NCBI GenBank assembly: GCA_015492645.1
Contig: WGER01000001.1
Location: 15,926 to 79,925 of the forward strand
DNA: 64,000 nt
Direction: 5' to 3'
Origin: Nitrospirota bacterium
Lineage (GTDB): Bacteria; Nitrospirota; Thermodesulfovibrionia; Thermodesulfovibrionales; JdFR-85
This document shows, piece by piece, positions 1 to 11,105 of the stretch. Position numbers and translations under genes: made by a program. Below the pieces are notes generated by a model. The model made no database searches. It saw nothing but the letters and a program-made list of their open reading frames with translations, and was not told the origin of the DNA. How positions within the stretch are numbered: the first letter of the stretch is position 1; the number at the start of each line of letters is the position of its first letter.

Positions 1-2
1 AC

Positions 3-746
<744 letters not shown>

Positions 747-764
747 GGAACTCTAAAGGAGGAG

Positions 765-1988
765 TTGATGAATCCTGTGCCTATAAAGGATGTGTTGAAC
801 AAACTCACCATTGAGGACCTGGACCTCAGAGGTAAGAGGGTATTTATAAGGGTGGACTTCAATGTCCCGCTGGACGAACATCTCAACATCACTGATGACA
901 GAAGGGTAAGGGCCGCTCTGCCAACAATTAACTATGCCATTGATGAAGGTGCCATGGTCATTCTGGCATCCCATCTGGGCAGGCCAAAGGGCAAACCAGA
1001 CCCCCGCTACTCCCTGGAACCTGTAGCAAGGAGGCTCCGGAGGTTGCTGAACAAAGATGTCATATTTGTGCCTGACTGTATTGGACCACAGGTAAAAAAC
1101 GTGGTGGAAAAGATGAAACCAGGTGATGTGGTCCTCCTTGAGAACCTGAGGTTTCATCCAGGCGAGACAGAAAACGATGAGAATTTTTCCCGTCAACTCG
1201 CATCCCTGGCTGACTACTATGTAAACGATGCCTTTGGTACTGCCCACAGGGCTCATGCATCTATTGTGGGGGTGCCGAAGTTTCTGCCAGCAGCAGCGGG
1301 TTTCTTGCTGAAGAAAGAGATAGAGTATCTAAAGGGGGTGGTAAATAACCCTGTAAGGCCCTTTGTTGCAATACTCGGTGGTGCAAAGGTATCAGGTAAG
1401 ATAGGAGTGCTGGAGAATCTGGAGTCAAAGGTGGACAAGGTGCTGATCGGGGGTGGAATGGCCTTCACATTTATAAAGTCGATGGGTTACGAGGTTGGCA
1501 AATCCCTGGTTGAACTTGAAATGCTCGATACTGCCAGGAGGATAATGGACAAACTGAAAGAGCAGGGGGTGAGATTCTATCTCCCGGTGGATTGTGTTAT
1601 TGCCCAGAGCCTGGAGCCTGGAGCAGTTGTCAAGATAGTCCCCACTCAGGAGATACCACCTGGCTGGCAGGCGGTGGATATAGGTCCGGCTACGGTGAAA
1701 CTCTTTTCTGAGGCACTTCAGGATGCCAAGACGATACTCTGGAATGGACCAATGGGTATATTTGAGATCGATGCCTTTTCAAGAGGGACCTTCGCAATAG
1801 CAAGGGCGGTGGCTGATGCCTATGCACTTACCATAGTGGGTGGAGGTGATACAGATCTGGCAGTGCACAGGGCGGGTGTCTCTGATAGCATCTCTTTTAT
1901 CTCTACAGGAGGCGGGGCTACCCTCCAACTACTTGAAGGCAAGGAACTGCCAGGGATTGCTGTACTGACAGATAAAAAAACTGAATAA
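765..1988 (+). CDS. pgk: phosphoglycerate kinase
   Basis: [23 protein letters not shown] and STGGGA motifs; follows gap. Confidence 0.98.
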   Translation: MMNPVPIKDVLNKLTIEDLDLRGKRVFIRVDFNVPLDEHLNITDDRRVRAALPTINYAIDEGAMVILASHLGRPKGKPDPRYSLEPVARRLRRLLNKDVIFVPDCIGPQVKNVVEKMKPGDVVLLENLRFHPGETENDENFSRQLASLADYYVNDAFGTAHRAHASIVGVPKFLPAAAGFLLKKEIEYLKGVVNNPVRPFVAILGGAKVSGKIGVLENLESKVDKVLIGGGMAFTFIKSMGYEVGKSLVELEMLDTARRIMDKLKEQGVRFYLPVDCVIAQSLEPGAVVKIVPTQEIPPGWQAVDIGPATVKLFSEALQDAKTILWNGPMGIFEIDAFSRGTFAIARAVADAYALTIVGGGDTDLAVHRAGVSDSISFISTGGGATLQLLEGKELPGIAVLTDKKTE

Positions 1989-2323
1989 TGTATGGTTCAC
2001 AGTTAAGGAGGCAGGTAAGGGCCGAGAAGAAGAAGACAAGGGTGGTCATTTTCACCTTTCTCCTGCTGTTGATCCTCTATTTAATCACCTCGATGGTCTT
2101 CGGCGAAAATGGACTCCTTAAGTATCTCAAGTTGAAGCAGAAGAAGGCGGAGATGCTCTCCTATATCAAGACCCTGCAACAGGAGAATACCAAGTTGAAG
2201 GAAGAGGTTAGTCAGTTGAGGTCAGATCCCTTTTACATTGAAAAGAGGGCACGAGAGGAGTTGAACCTCTCAAGACCGGATGAATATATCTTCTTTTTTG
2301 ATGATGGATCCGGAAGGCCGTAG
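1988..2323 (+). CDS. ftsB: septum formation initiator FtsB/DivIC family
   Basis: One TM helix, then GENG, a coiled coil and IEKRAREEL..RPDE. Confidence 0.8.
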   Translation: MYGSQLRRQVRAEKKKTRVVIFTFLLLLILYLITSMVFGENGLLKYLKLKQKKAEMLSYIKTLQQENTKLKEEVSQLRSDPFYIEKRAREELNLSRPDEYIFFFDDGSGRP

Positions 2324-2447
2324 TCCCCTTTAAAGGTATGGAGGGTTGACTTTTTTGTGCTATATATAAATAAAATTAACAAGACCTCCAGGTCCCGGGA
2401 GAAGGGAAATACTCTCCGGGGTCTAAAAAGAACGAAAGAGGTGTGTT

Positions 2448-3374
2448 ATGAGTAAGAAACTCTTTTTGGCAGATGATAGCGTAACCATCCAGAAGGTGGT
2501 TGAACTGATCCTTGCAGATGAGGGCTTTGATGTGAGGGTCTTCTCAAATGGTGAGGAAGCCTGGAATGCGATGAGACAGGAACGTCCTGATATTGTCCTT
2601 GCAGATATAGAGATGCCCGGCATGAATGGCTATCAACTCTGTGAAAGGATTAAGGCAGATACGGAGTTGAGTGATATACCTGTGGTACTCCTTGCCGGTG
2701 CCTTCGAACCCATTGATGAGGAACTGGCAAGGGATGTCAAGGCAGATGATTATATTGTGAAGCCTTTTGAGAGTGAGGAACTCATCAGCAAGATCAATGC
2801 ACTCCTCACAGAGAAGGGGGAGTTTGTTGAGGTGGCAGAGGCAGAGGAAGCAGAACCAGAAGTGGCAGTGGAGGCGGAAGAAGAGGCCCCAGAGGGAGTC
2901 TTTGCCTTTGAGGAGGAGAGCGAAGTGGAGGCCCTGGATATTACAGAAGAGGTACCAACAGCAGAAACAGGAATGGAAGAGGTTATGACCAGTGAAGAGG
3001 AGGCCCCTCCTGAAGAGGTTACCCCTGAGGTAAAAAGAACAGAGGCGCCTGAGACAGCCATGCCTTCTGTCTCGGAGGATGCCTTAATGCAGACCCTTTC
3101 GTCTCTGCTTGATGAAAAGGTAAAGGAACTGTTTAACAACATAGACGCAGAGACCCTGGTGAGCCAATCCCTCGACAGGGTGATCGGACCTCAACTTGAA
3201 AAGGTCTTTACAGAGAAGGTCTCTCCTGCGGTTGAGGAGTCAATAAAGAAGACAGTAGAGGAACTGACTGCTAATTTCAAAAAAGAGATAGAAAGGATAA
3301 TATGGGAGACTGTACCTGATCTGGCCGAGACAATAATTACCAAGGAGATTGAGAGGATAAAATCGACCTTTTAG
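2448..3374 (+). CDS. response regulator: receiver domain, acidic Glu-rich linker and helical C-terminus
   Basis: LADD, D..MP and KPF receiver motifs; no DNA-binding domain seen. Confidence 0.8.
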   Translation: MSKKLFLADDSVTIQKVVELILADEGFDVRVFSNGEEAWNAMRQERPDIVLADIEMPGMNGYQLCERIKADTELSDIPVVLLAGAFEPIDEELARDVKADDYIVKPFESEELISKINALLTEKGEFVEVAEAEEAEPEVAVEAEEEAPEGVFAFEEESEVEALDITEEVPTAETGMEEVMTSEEEAPPEEVTPEVKRTEAPETAMPSVSEDALMQTLSSLLDEKVKELFNNIDAETLVSQSLDRVIGPQLEKVFTEKVSPAVEESIKKTVEELTANFKKEIERIIWETVPDLAETIITKEIERIKSTF

Positions 3375-3466
3375 GTCTTCAACAGAGTCTTCTTGATTTA
3401 TGAGCCCTTCCCTGACAAACCATATTCGGTTTGTCTTTTGTAAAATAGTTTAGAGGAGCCTGAGTT

Positions 3467-6334
3467 ATGAGACAACTGCCCAGAAGTTACAATCACTCTG
3501 AAGAGATGAGATGGTACGAGATGTGGGAAAGGGAGGGGTATTTCAGGCCAGAAATCAATCCTGAAGGCAGACCATACTGCATTGTGATCCCCCCTCCTAA
3601 TGTGACAGGTTCTCTGCATATGGGGCATGCCCTGAATGTGACACTGCAGGATATACTCATCCGATGGAAGAGGATGCAGGGTTACAGGGCCCTGTGGCTT
3701 CCTGGAACTGACCATGCAGGAATTGCAACCCAGAATGTGGTGGAGAGGGAGATAGCAAAGGAGGGGCTTGATAGATACACCCTTGGCAGGGAAGAATTCA
3801 TCAGGAGGGTGTGGCAATGGAAGGAGGAGTATGGTAACAGGATCATAAACCAGTTGAAGAGAATCGGTGCCTCCTGTGACTGGCAGAGGCAGAGGTTCAC
3901 CTTAGATGAGGGTCTTTCAAGGGCGGTGAGGGAGGTCTTTGTGAGGCTCTTTGAGGAGGGCCTCATCTACCGTGACCTGAGGCTTATAAACTGGTGCCCG
4001 AGGTGTCATACCGCCCTGAGTGACCTTGAGGTGGAACATGAGGAAGTGGAGGGGAGACTCACCTTTATCAGATATCCCTTTAAAGATGGTGAAGGTTACG
4101 TGGTTGTGGCAACAACCAGACCAGAGACGATGCTTGGTGATGTGGCTGTTGCCGTTCATCCAGAGGACCCGAGATACCAGAGTATAATAGGAAGGGTCCT
4201 GACCCTCCCACTCACAGAGAGAGAGATACCGGTAATAGGCGATGAAGGAGTTGACCCTGAGTTTGGTACAGGGGCTGTCAAGGTTACCCCGGCCCATGAT
4301 TTTTCTGATGAGGCGATAGCAAAAAGACAGTCACCACCTCTGCCTTTTATAACAGTGATAGACGAAAATGGAAGGATGACAGAGGCAGCAGGTAAGAGGT
4401 ATGCAGGCCTTGATAGATACGAATGCAGAAAGAGGGTGGTACAGGACCTGAAGGAACTGGGTCTGATCGAGAAAGAACAGCGGTACACCCATTCAGTAGG
4501 CCATTGCTACAGGTGTAAGACAGTTATAGAGCCCTTGCTCACGATCCAGTGGTACCTGAATGTGAAGGGGATGGCAAAGGAGGCCATCAGGGCGGTCAGG
4601 GACGGGAGGATAAGGATAATCCCTGAGGGCTGGGCAAACAGTTTCTATGCCTGGATGGAGGATATAAGGGACTGGTGTATATCCCGTCAGATCTGGTGGG
4701 GGCATCAGATACCTGTCTGGTATTGTCCCTATTGCAAGACACCGGAAGGTGTGCATCAGGGTGACCTTATCCATATCACCTTTTACAGGCCGGTAGAGAT
4801 TGATGGAGAGAAGGTACAAGGAGGCAGTTACACCGAGTTGAGGTTAAGGGGCATCCCTGCAGCCGAGATTATGAAGTATGCCAACAGGGTGAGGGTGGAT
4901 CCTTCTGTGAGGCCCCTCTGCAGCAGGGAGGACCTCCAGAGGTGTCCGCACTGTGACAGCCCGGAACTCTTCAGAGATCCAGATGTGCTTGATACATGGT
5001 TTTCCTCAGCACTCTGGCCCTTTTCCACTCTTGGTTGGCCTGAACAGACTGAAGACCTCAGGACCTTTTACCCCACCGATGTCCTGGTTACCGGTTTTGA
5101 TATCCTCTTTTTCTGGGTCGCAAGAATGATTATGATGGGACTGAAGTTTATGAAGGATGTGCCCTTCAGGGATGTCTATATACACGCCCTGGTCAGGGAT
5201 GCAGAGGGGCAGAAGATGAGCAAATCGAGGGGGAATGTGATAGACCCCCTTGTAATGATCGACCGATATGGCACAGATGCCTTCAGGTTCACCCTTACGG
5301 CCTTTGCAGCCCAGGGCAGAGACATCAGGTTCTCTGAGGAGAGGGTGGAGGGGTATAAGAACTTCATAAATAAACTCTGGAACGCCTCTAAGTATATCCT
5401 GATGAATATCAAAGAGGGGGAGGAGACAGAGGTCCTGAATTACAGGGCCTGGAAAGAGTCGCTCGATCTACCCGGCAGGTGGATACTCAGCAGGCTCAAC
5501 AGGACAACCCAGAAGATGCACACAGCCCTAACAGAATATAAGTTCAATGAGGCGGCCAGTGCCATCTATCAGTTTATATGGCACGAATTCTGTGACTGGT
5601 ATATAGAGTTTTCCAAGCCTGTAATATACAGTTCTAAAAAAGGCCCATCTCCGAATAAGAGATTCTCTGAAGGACTGAGAAGGGCAACCCAGAGGTGCCT
5701 TCTCCATGTGCTGGATGTCTCACTGAGACTCCTGCATCCATTTATGCCATTTGTAACTGAAGAACTGTGGGGTTATCTGCCAGGTAGAAGGGAGAGCATA
5801 ATGCTTGCCGAGTACCCACTCTTTGAAGAGGTTGATCATGAGGCAGAAAGGAGGATGTCTGTCGTTATGGAGGCTGTTGGGGGGATAAGGAGTGTGCGTG
5901 GTGAGTTAAACATATCTCCTTCGGCACCACTCAATGCGATAATTAAACCCTATAACTCTGTCACAGAGGAGGTCCTGAGGGATAATATTGAGTATATCAA
6001 GAGGCTTGCTCATGTGGGGGACCTAACAATTGACCCGGATGCAGAGAGGTCAAGGGGGATGGCCCTCGAGGTGAGAGAATCCTTAGAGATATACATTCCT
6101 CTGGAGGGGCTACTCGATGTGGATACAGAGTTGAGGCGTCTTGAGAAGGACCTAAGAAAGGTGGAGGATACGCTATCCTTTCTGGACAGAAAACTGCTCA
6201 ATGAGGATTTTATAAGGAAGGCTCCCAAGGAGGTTGTAGAAAAGGAGCGGATGCGATATAATGAATTTATGCAGAAGAAACAGCGCCTCCTTGACAGCAT
6301 CAACAAACTCGAGGAGGTGAGAGGTGGTTCATGA
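3467..6334 (+). CDS. valS: valine--tRNA ligase
   Basis: PPPNVTGSLHMGH (HIGH), KMSKS, DWCISRQ and C-terminal coiled coil. Confidence 0.98.
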   Translation: MRQLPRSYNHSEEMRWYEMWEREGYFRPEINPEGRPYCIVIPPPNVTGSLHMGHALNVTLQDILIRWKRMQGYRALWLPGTDHAGIATQNVVEREIAKEGLDRYTLGREEFIRRVWQWKEEYGNRIINQLKRIGASCDWQRQRFTLDEGLSRAVREVFVRLFEEGLIYRDLRLINWCPRCHTALSDLEVEHEEVEGRLTFIRYPFKDGEGYVVVATTRPETMLGDVAVAVHPEDPRYQSIIGRVLTLPLTEREIPVIGDEGVDPEFGTGAVKVTPAHDFSDEAIAKRQSPPLPFITVIDENGRMTEAAGKRYAGLDRYECRKRVVQDLKELGLIEKEQRYTHSVGHCYRCKTVIEPLLTIQWYLNVKGMAKEAIRAVRDGRIRIIPEGWANSFYAWMEDIRDWCISRQIWWGHQIPVWYCPYCKTPEGVHQGDLIHITFYRPVEIDGEKVQGGSYTELRLRGIPAAEIMKYANRVRVDPSVRPLCSREDLQRCPHCDSPELFRDPDVLDTWFSSALWPFSTLGWPEQTEDLRTFYPTDVLVTGFDILFFWVARMIMMGLKFMKDVPFRDVYIHALVRDAEGQKMSKSRGNVIDPLVMIDRYGTDAFRFTLTAFAAQGRDIRFSEERVEGYKNFINKLWNASKYILMNIKEGEETEVLNYRAWKESLDLPGRWILSRLNRTTQKMHTALTEYKFNEAASAIYQFIWHEFCDWYIEFSKPVIYSSKKGPSPNKRFSEGLRRATQRCLLHVLDVSLRLLHPFMPFVTEELWGYLPGRRESIMLAEYPLFEEVDHEAERRMSVVMEAVGGIRSVRGELNISPSAPLNAIIKPYNSVTEEVLRDNIEYIKRLAHVGDLTIDPDAERSRGMALEVRESLEIYIPLEGLLDVDTELRRLEKDLRKVEDTLSFLDRKLLNEDFIRKAPKEVVEKERMRYNEFMQKKQRLLDSINKLEEVRGGS

Positions 6335-6801
6335 GTGAAGATGTGGAAAAGAAGGACCTTGGGTATGTGGATGCCGATTTTGTAAATGTCTCACAGAGCA
6401 CGATCCGATCAGTAGAGGGTGGACATGTCCAGTTGCAACAGGTAGGTGCCCTCAGTGTAGATGGTGAAAGGGTTGAGATGACACAGTCAGCCACATTTAT
6501 CAACCGGGCCAACCATGTGGAATCCAACCAGGGATTAACGGGAATCACAGTGGCAGAAAGCATCACACTCAATTCCTCCATGGCAGCAGGTGTATTCAGT
6601 TCTTCCAGGTCTGAGGTGAACAACAGTCTCAGCCTTATAATGGCCGCCAATAACCTCAAGTCTGAACAGACCAAGACCCTGTTCCTCCTGGCAAAACAGG
6701 TGGATGGAGAGATACAGACCCTGTTTGATTGGAAGTCTATACTATCCCTTGGTGCGATTCTGGGCGGTCTCTTCGGCCTCTTTTCACTCCTGAAGCGATG
6801 A
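6331..6801 (+). CDS. hypothetical protein with short beta-repeats and C-terminal TM anchor
   Basis: ATGA-coupled to valS; hydrophobic C-terminus. Confidence 0.6.
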   Translation: MSEDVEKKDLGYVDADFVNVSQSTIRSVEGGHVQLQQVGALSVDGERVEMTQSATFINRANHVESNQGLTGITVAESITLNSSMAAGVFSSSRSEVNNSLSLIMAANNLKSEQTKTLFLLAKQVDGEIQTLFDWKSILSLGAILGGLFGLFSLLKR

Positions 6802-6804
6802 ACA

Positions 6805-7644
6805 ATGAACCCCTTTGTAGTAAAGGAACTCATAAGGAGGGCCTTAGAGGAAGATATAGGGCCTGCAGATATCACCACCCTCTCCTGTGTTCCTGAAGGA
6901 CATCTGTCAAAGGCGATAATCCTTGCGAAGGAGTCTTTTGTACTGGCTGGTCTGGATGTGGCCAGGGAGGCATTCCTGCAGTTTGATTCCTCACTGGTAT
7001 TTAAAAAGGGATGTAAAGATGGTGAAGTGGTCTCAGAGGGACAGGCTATTGCATCAGTTGAGGGCAACACCCGCTCAATACTGACGGTAGAAAGGACCGC
7101 CCTGAACTTTCTGCAGAAACTATCAGGTATCGCCACTCTAACACGGCGGTTCGTGGAGCAGACCCAGGGGACGGGTGCTACGGTCCTGGACACGAGGAAG
7201 ACCACCCCCACCCTCAGGATACTCGAAAAGTATGCTGTCAGTGTAGGAGGAGGCAGCAACCACCGATTCGGACTCTATGACGGGATACTGATAAAGGACA
7301 ACCATATAAGGGCAGCAGGGGGTGTAAGGGAGGCGATAAGGAGGGTGAAGGCCCATGCATCAGGGATGCTGAAGATCGAGGTGGAGGTGAACAGCCTTGA
7401 GGAACTGAGGGAGGCATTAAAGGAGTCTCCTCACATAGTGATGCTGGACAACATGCCGATTGAAGATGTCCGTAAGGCGGTGGAGTTAGTAAGACAGATT
7501 GCCCCCCAAACAGAGATAGAGGTCTCTGGGGGGGTGAGTCTTGAAACCGTGGGGGAGATCGCCCGTGCGGGTGTGGACTACATCTCCATAGGTGCCTTGA
7601 CCCACTCCGCAAGGGCAGTGGACATCTCCCTTGAGATCTTATAA
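6805..7644 (+). CDS. nadC: nicotinate-nucleotide diphosphorylase (carboxylating)
   Basis: DTRKT, HRFGL, IKDNH, MLDN and SIGALTHS motifs. Confidence 0.97.
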   Translation: MNPFVVKELIRRALEEDIGPADITTLSCVPEGHLSKAIILAKESFVLAGLDVAREAFLQFDSSLVFKKGCKDGEVVSEGQAIASVEGNTRSILTVERTALNFLQKLSGIATLTRRFVEQTQGTGATVLDTRKTTPTLRILEKYAVSVGGGSNHRFGLYDGILIKDNHIRAAGGVREAIRRVKAHASGMLKIEVEVNSLEELREALKESPHIVMLDNMPIEDVRKAVELVRQIAPQTEIEVSGGVSLETVGEIARAGVDYISIGALTHSARAVDISLEIL

Positions 7645-7653
7645 GGAGGTCAT

Positions 7654-8502
7654 ATGGCTGAAGAGGGATATCCAGAGATACCACCAAACAGGGAGGATGA
7701 CCTTCATAATATCCAGTATATGGAGGATGCCCAACTTGTGCTGTTTATGGCCGGGAACCAGTTTATGGTGATGGAAGAACTCCTTGAGGCATTTCAGCGG
7801 AGACATCCAGAAGTGGAGAGGATATTTTACGAGACCCTACCACCCGGCCTGGAACTGAAACAGATACTGGCAGGTGGTGCACTCTTCCGAGGAAGACTGA
7901 TTACAGGGAGACCTGATGTGTATACCTCTGTCACTGAAGAGGCGATGATTGAACTCAAAAATCGTGGAATTATAAGGGAGTACTTTCCCTATCTGCATAA
8001 CAGGATTGTGTTACTTGTTCCGGAGGGGAATCCTGCAAATATAAGAGGTGTTCTGGACCTCGGAAGGGACGATGTGAGGGTATCGCAGCCCGGGGCAATG
8101 GAGAATATCACTCATTACATCCTGGACATGTATGAGAAGGCAGGGGGACAGAAGTTCGTCAGGAGGATAATGGAAGAAAAGAGGGCGGAGGGAACGACTG
8201 TGTTCACCATTGTTCATCACAGAGAGACACCATTGAGGTTAAAGAAGGGGACTGTGGATGTAGGGCCTGTGTGGGCCACAGAGGCCCAGTATGCGAGACA
8301 GAAGGGGTTGCCCGTGGAGGTGGTAGAACCGGGTGAGGACCTTGATCAGAGAGACAGGGTAACCTATTATATCGCATCACTTCTGGATGCCCCGAATCCT
8401 GAGAATGCCAGAAAGTTTGTTGAGTTCATACTATCCGGAGAGGCCCAGGAGATCTATAAGAGATACGGCTTTGTCCCCCATACAGGAAGAAGAGATGCCT
8501 GA
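7654..8502 (+). CDS. ModA-like oxyanion solute-binding protein without obvious signal peptide
   Basis: Periplasmic-binding-fold features (GNPANI, D.GPVW.TE, A..FV.F..S.EAQ.IY..YGF); SD AAGGAGG. Confidence 0.7.
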   Translation: MAEEGYPEIPPNREDDLHNIQYMEDAQLVLFMAGNQFMVMEELLEAFQRRHPEVERIFYETLPPGLELKQILAGGALFRGRLITGRPDVYTSVTEEAMIELKNRGIIREYFPYLHNRIVLLVPEGNPANIRGVLDLGRDDVRVSQPGAMENITHYILDMYEKAGGQKFVRRIMEEKRAEGTTVFTIVHHRETPLRLKKGTVDVGPVWATEAQYARQKGLPVEVVEPGEDLDQRDRVTYYIASLLDAPNPENARKFVEFILSGEAQEIYKRYGFVPHTGRRDA

Positions 8503-9667
8503 AAAGAATCTGATCCCGATCTGCTCCTGGTGCAAGAAGATAAGAACAGATACAGACTGCTGGGAGAGCATTGAGGTCTATCTCACAAAGGCTGGTTTCG
8601 GTGTCTTTACCCACGGTATGTGTCCTGCCTGCGCAGAGAGGATATTCAAAAAGAGGGTCTACTTGGAGAGCTACCAGGGTATATGCAAGGCGATAAGTTC
8701 CAGCATCTCCCTACAGGAGGTCCTGAATCTCATCGTCACCAATGTTGTTAAGGTGATGAATGTGAAGGCGAGCATGATCAGGCTCCTGAATAAAGAGACG
8801 AACCGGCTGGAGGTGGTTGCCCATTATGGGTTGAGTAGAGAGTATGTGAATAAGGGACCTGTGGAGTCTGATGCGAGTGTCGAGGATGCCCTGCAGGGGA
8901 AGGCGGTCTCTGTATATGATATCAGGAGGGATAAAAAGGCACGCTACAGACAGGAGGCGATAAGGGAAGGGATAAGGAGTATACTCTCTGTACCACTGAG
9001 GGTGAAAAACGAGGTGATAGGGATCCTCAGGATGTATACATCTGAGCCTGTAAATTACACTGAAGAGGATCTGAAGTTTATAACCGCCATAGCAGAACAG
9101 GCAGCAATTGCCATCAATAATGCCAGGATCTTTGAATCGAGAATAACACAGGAGAGGGAGTATCTCAGGATGTTTGAAGAAGTGACAAAGACAGTCAGTT
9201 CAACACTTGATCTGAGGGAGGTCCTCGACCTTATAGTTCGGAAACTGCCAGAGGTGATGGGGCTGAGGGCAGCCACCATAAGGCTTCTGGATGAGAGTGG
9301 AAAGCGGTTACACCTGGTTGCTGCACATGGCCTGAGCGATAGATACCTCAGCCGTGGACCGGTAGATGAGGAGGTGAATGTACAGGAGGCCCTCAGATTA
9401 AAACCCGTGGCGATATATGATGTGGCAAGGGACAGCAGGGTCCTCTACCAGAGACAGATGGAGGAAGAGGGGATAAAGAGTATGCTTACTCTGCCGATCC
9501 TTGCAAAGGGGAGACTGCTCGGGGTGCTGAGGCTCCTGTCCGGGGTACCGAGGCACTTCACCACAGATGAAGTCAACTTCGCAATGTCTCTGGCAGAGGT
9601 CTGTGGTATAGCAATAGAGAATGCAAGGATGTATGAGATGCTTAAATCGACAAGAAGGACTGCCTGA
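8495..9667 (+). CDS. tandem-GAF domain protein with N-terminal Cys/His zinc-finger-like motif
   Basis: PICSWCKKIR...THGMCPAC then two GAF repeats; start moved to ATG 8495 (MPEKN). Confidence 0.8.
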   Translation: MPEKNLIPICSWCKKIRTDTDCWESIEVYLTKAGFGVFTHGMCPACAERIFKKRVYLESYQGICKAISSSISLQEVLNLIVTNVVKVMNVKASMIRLLNKETNRLEVVAHYGLSREYVNKGPVESDASVEDALQGKAVSVYDIRRDKKARYRQEAIREGIRSILSVPLRVKNEVIGILRMYTSEPVNYTEEDLKFITAIAEQAAIAINNARIFESRITQEREYLRMFEEVTKTVSSTLDLREVLDLIVRKLPEVMGLRAATIRLLDESGKRLHLVAAHGLSDRYLSRGPVDEEVNVQEALRLKPVAIYDVARDSRVLYQRQMEEEGIKSMLTLPILAKGRLLGVLRLLSGVPRHFTTDEVNFAMSLAEVCGIAIENARMYEMLKSTRRTA

Positions 9668-10053
9668 TGGGCACACCCCTGAAGATCCTCATCACTGTTA
9701 TCAATTACTCCCATGACATTGCAACGGCTATGCTCGGAATAACCTCCATCTGTATGTATTTCATCTATCGTTACTACAGGAATGCCGAGACACCGGAGTC
9801 AATAAGGTCCTTTCTACTTCTTTACTCCAGGCTGACAAGATTGGCCATTGTCTCACTTATATGGTTACTCTTGGCAGGTGTACCGAGGGTGATCTTTTAC
9901 AGAGAGATGGAATGGTCTGTACAGGCCGGTAGTGTCCAGATTTATGCAATAGGAATAAAGCATCTCTTCATGTTCTTTCTTGTGGGCACAGGAGTCCTCC
10001 ACTGGAGGAGACTCTCGAGTAAGGTGAGAGAATTGAAAAGGGGGTTACAGTAG
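9667..10053 (+). CDS. 3-TM membrane protein (CopD-like, weak)
   Basis: Three hydrophobic segments with His (YSHD, IKH); coupled to upstream stop. Confidence 0.55.
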   Translation: MGTPLKILITVINYSHDIATAMLGITSICMYFIYRYYRNAETPESIRSFLLLYSRLTRLAIVSLIWLLLAGVPRVIFYREMEWSVQAGSVQIYAIGIKHLFMFFLVGTGVLHWRRLSSKVRELKRGLQ

Positions 10054-10428
10054 ATGTTACCCTTCCATCCACCGGTCAGGAGGGAGAAGATAGAGGAACT
10101 TATCAGAAGGATGCAGGCCCTCGGTATAAAGGAAGAGGATCTCTTGGAGAGGTTTGTAAGGAGTTCTGGCCACGGGGGACAGAAGTTGAACAAGACCTCT
10201 ACCTGTGTATATCTGAAACACATTCCAACTTCTGTTGAGGTGAAGTGTCAGAAGACGAGGAGTCAGGTGATGAACAGGTTTCTTGCAAGGCGTATACTCG
10301 TTGAGAAGATAGAGGCCCTGAGGAACGGTCTTGAGAGTCCTGAAATGAAAAGGATAAGGAAGATCAGAAAGCAGAAATTAAAACGGAAGAAGAGGGCAAG
10401 GGCGAAGGTAGAATCGAGAGGTTCTTGA
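10054..10428 (+). CDS. arfB: ribosome rescue peptidyl-tRNA hydrolase, ArfB/RF-like
   Basis: RSSGHGGQ..NKT, RSQ..NR and basic C-terminal tail. Confidence 0.85.
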   Translation: MLPFHPPVRREKIEELIRRMQALGIKEEDLLERFVRSSGHGGQKLNKTSTCVYLKHIPTSVEVKCQKTRSQVMNRFLARRILVEKIEALRNGLESPEMKRIRKIRKQKLKRKKRARAKVESRGS

Positions 10429-10459
10429 GTTTTGGTCTTCTCACCTGTTAAATTATTGC

Positions 10460-10888
10460 ATGATAAGGATAGGTGTGGTTGATGGCCAGGGAGGCGGGGT
10501 TGGTAGCCTCATAGTGAAGAAACTGAGAGAGACCTTTGGGGATGATATAGAGATATATGCACTCGGTACAAACTCTGCTGCTACAGTGGCAATGATGAAG
10601 GCAAGGGCAAATAAGGGGGCAACTGGCGAGAATGCGATAATGCTAAATGCTGAGAGGATGGACGTCATAATCGGCCCTTTAAGTGTGGTCCTTGCCAATG
10701 CAATGCTCGGGGAATTGACCCCTGGGATGGCTGAGGCGATCGCCACCTCACCTGCGAGGAAGATCCTCTTGCCAATCAGTCAGGAAGAGGTGGAGGTAAT
10801 CGGAGTGGTCAGAGAGCCCCTGCCCCACCTTGTTGACAAATTGATAGAGAGGGTGAAGGAGGTTGTTGGTCAAAAGTTGAGAAGTTGA
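10460..10888 (+). CDS. DUF3842 family protein
   Basis: DGQGGGVG, LGTNSAAT..M, ATGENA and GELTP.MA.AI motifs. Confidence 0.85.
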   Translation: MIRIGVVDGQGGGVGSLIVKKLRETFGDDIEIYALGTNSAATVAMMKARANKGATGENAIMLNAERMDVIIGPLSVVLANAMLGELTPGMAEAIATSPARKILLPISQEEVEVIGVVREPLPHLVDKLIERVKEVVGQKLRS

Positions 10889-10913
10889 GTTATAATTGAA
10901 AGAGGAGACGGCC

Positions 10914-11105
10914 ATGTGTGAGGCAAACGCCTATATATATGAAAACGGTGAAGAAAGGCTCTATCTGGAGAGCGTTGACATCCTGAGGCCAGAGGGTGAC
11001 AGGATATACCTGAGGAACCTCTTTGGAGAACAAAAGGAACTGAAGGGGAGGATAAAGGAGATCTCTCTACTGAGCCACAAGATTGTACTGGAGAGAGTTG
11101 AATGA
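10914..11105 (+). CDS. CooT-family nickel-binding small protein
   Basis: MCEANAY N-terminus, NLFGEQK and C-terminal L..HKIVL; SD GAGGAG before ATG 10914. Confidence 0.8.
   Translation: MCEANAYIYENGEERLYLESVDILRPEGDRIYLRNLFGEQKELKGRIKEISLLSHKIVLERVE

Noticed and set aside
2383..2422. Hairpin in the leader of the response regulator as a riboswitch
   Set aside because: Only a simple imperfect stem (CCGGGAGA/TCTCCGG); no recognisable aptamer consensus.
6300..7259. 319-aa antisense ORF and other shadow ORFs
   Set aside because: They are antisense to well-supported genes such as nadC and have no motifs.
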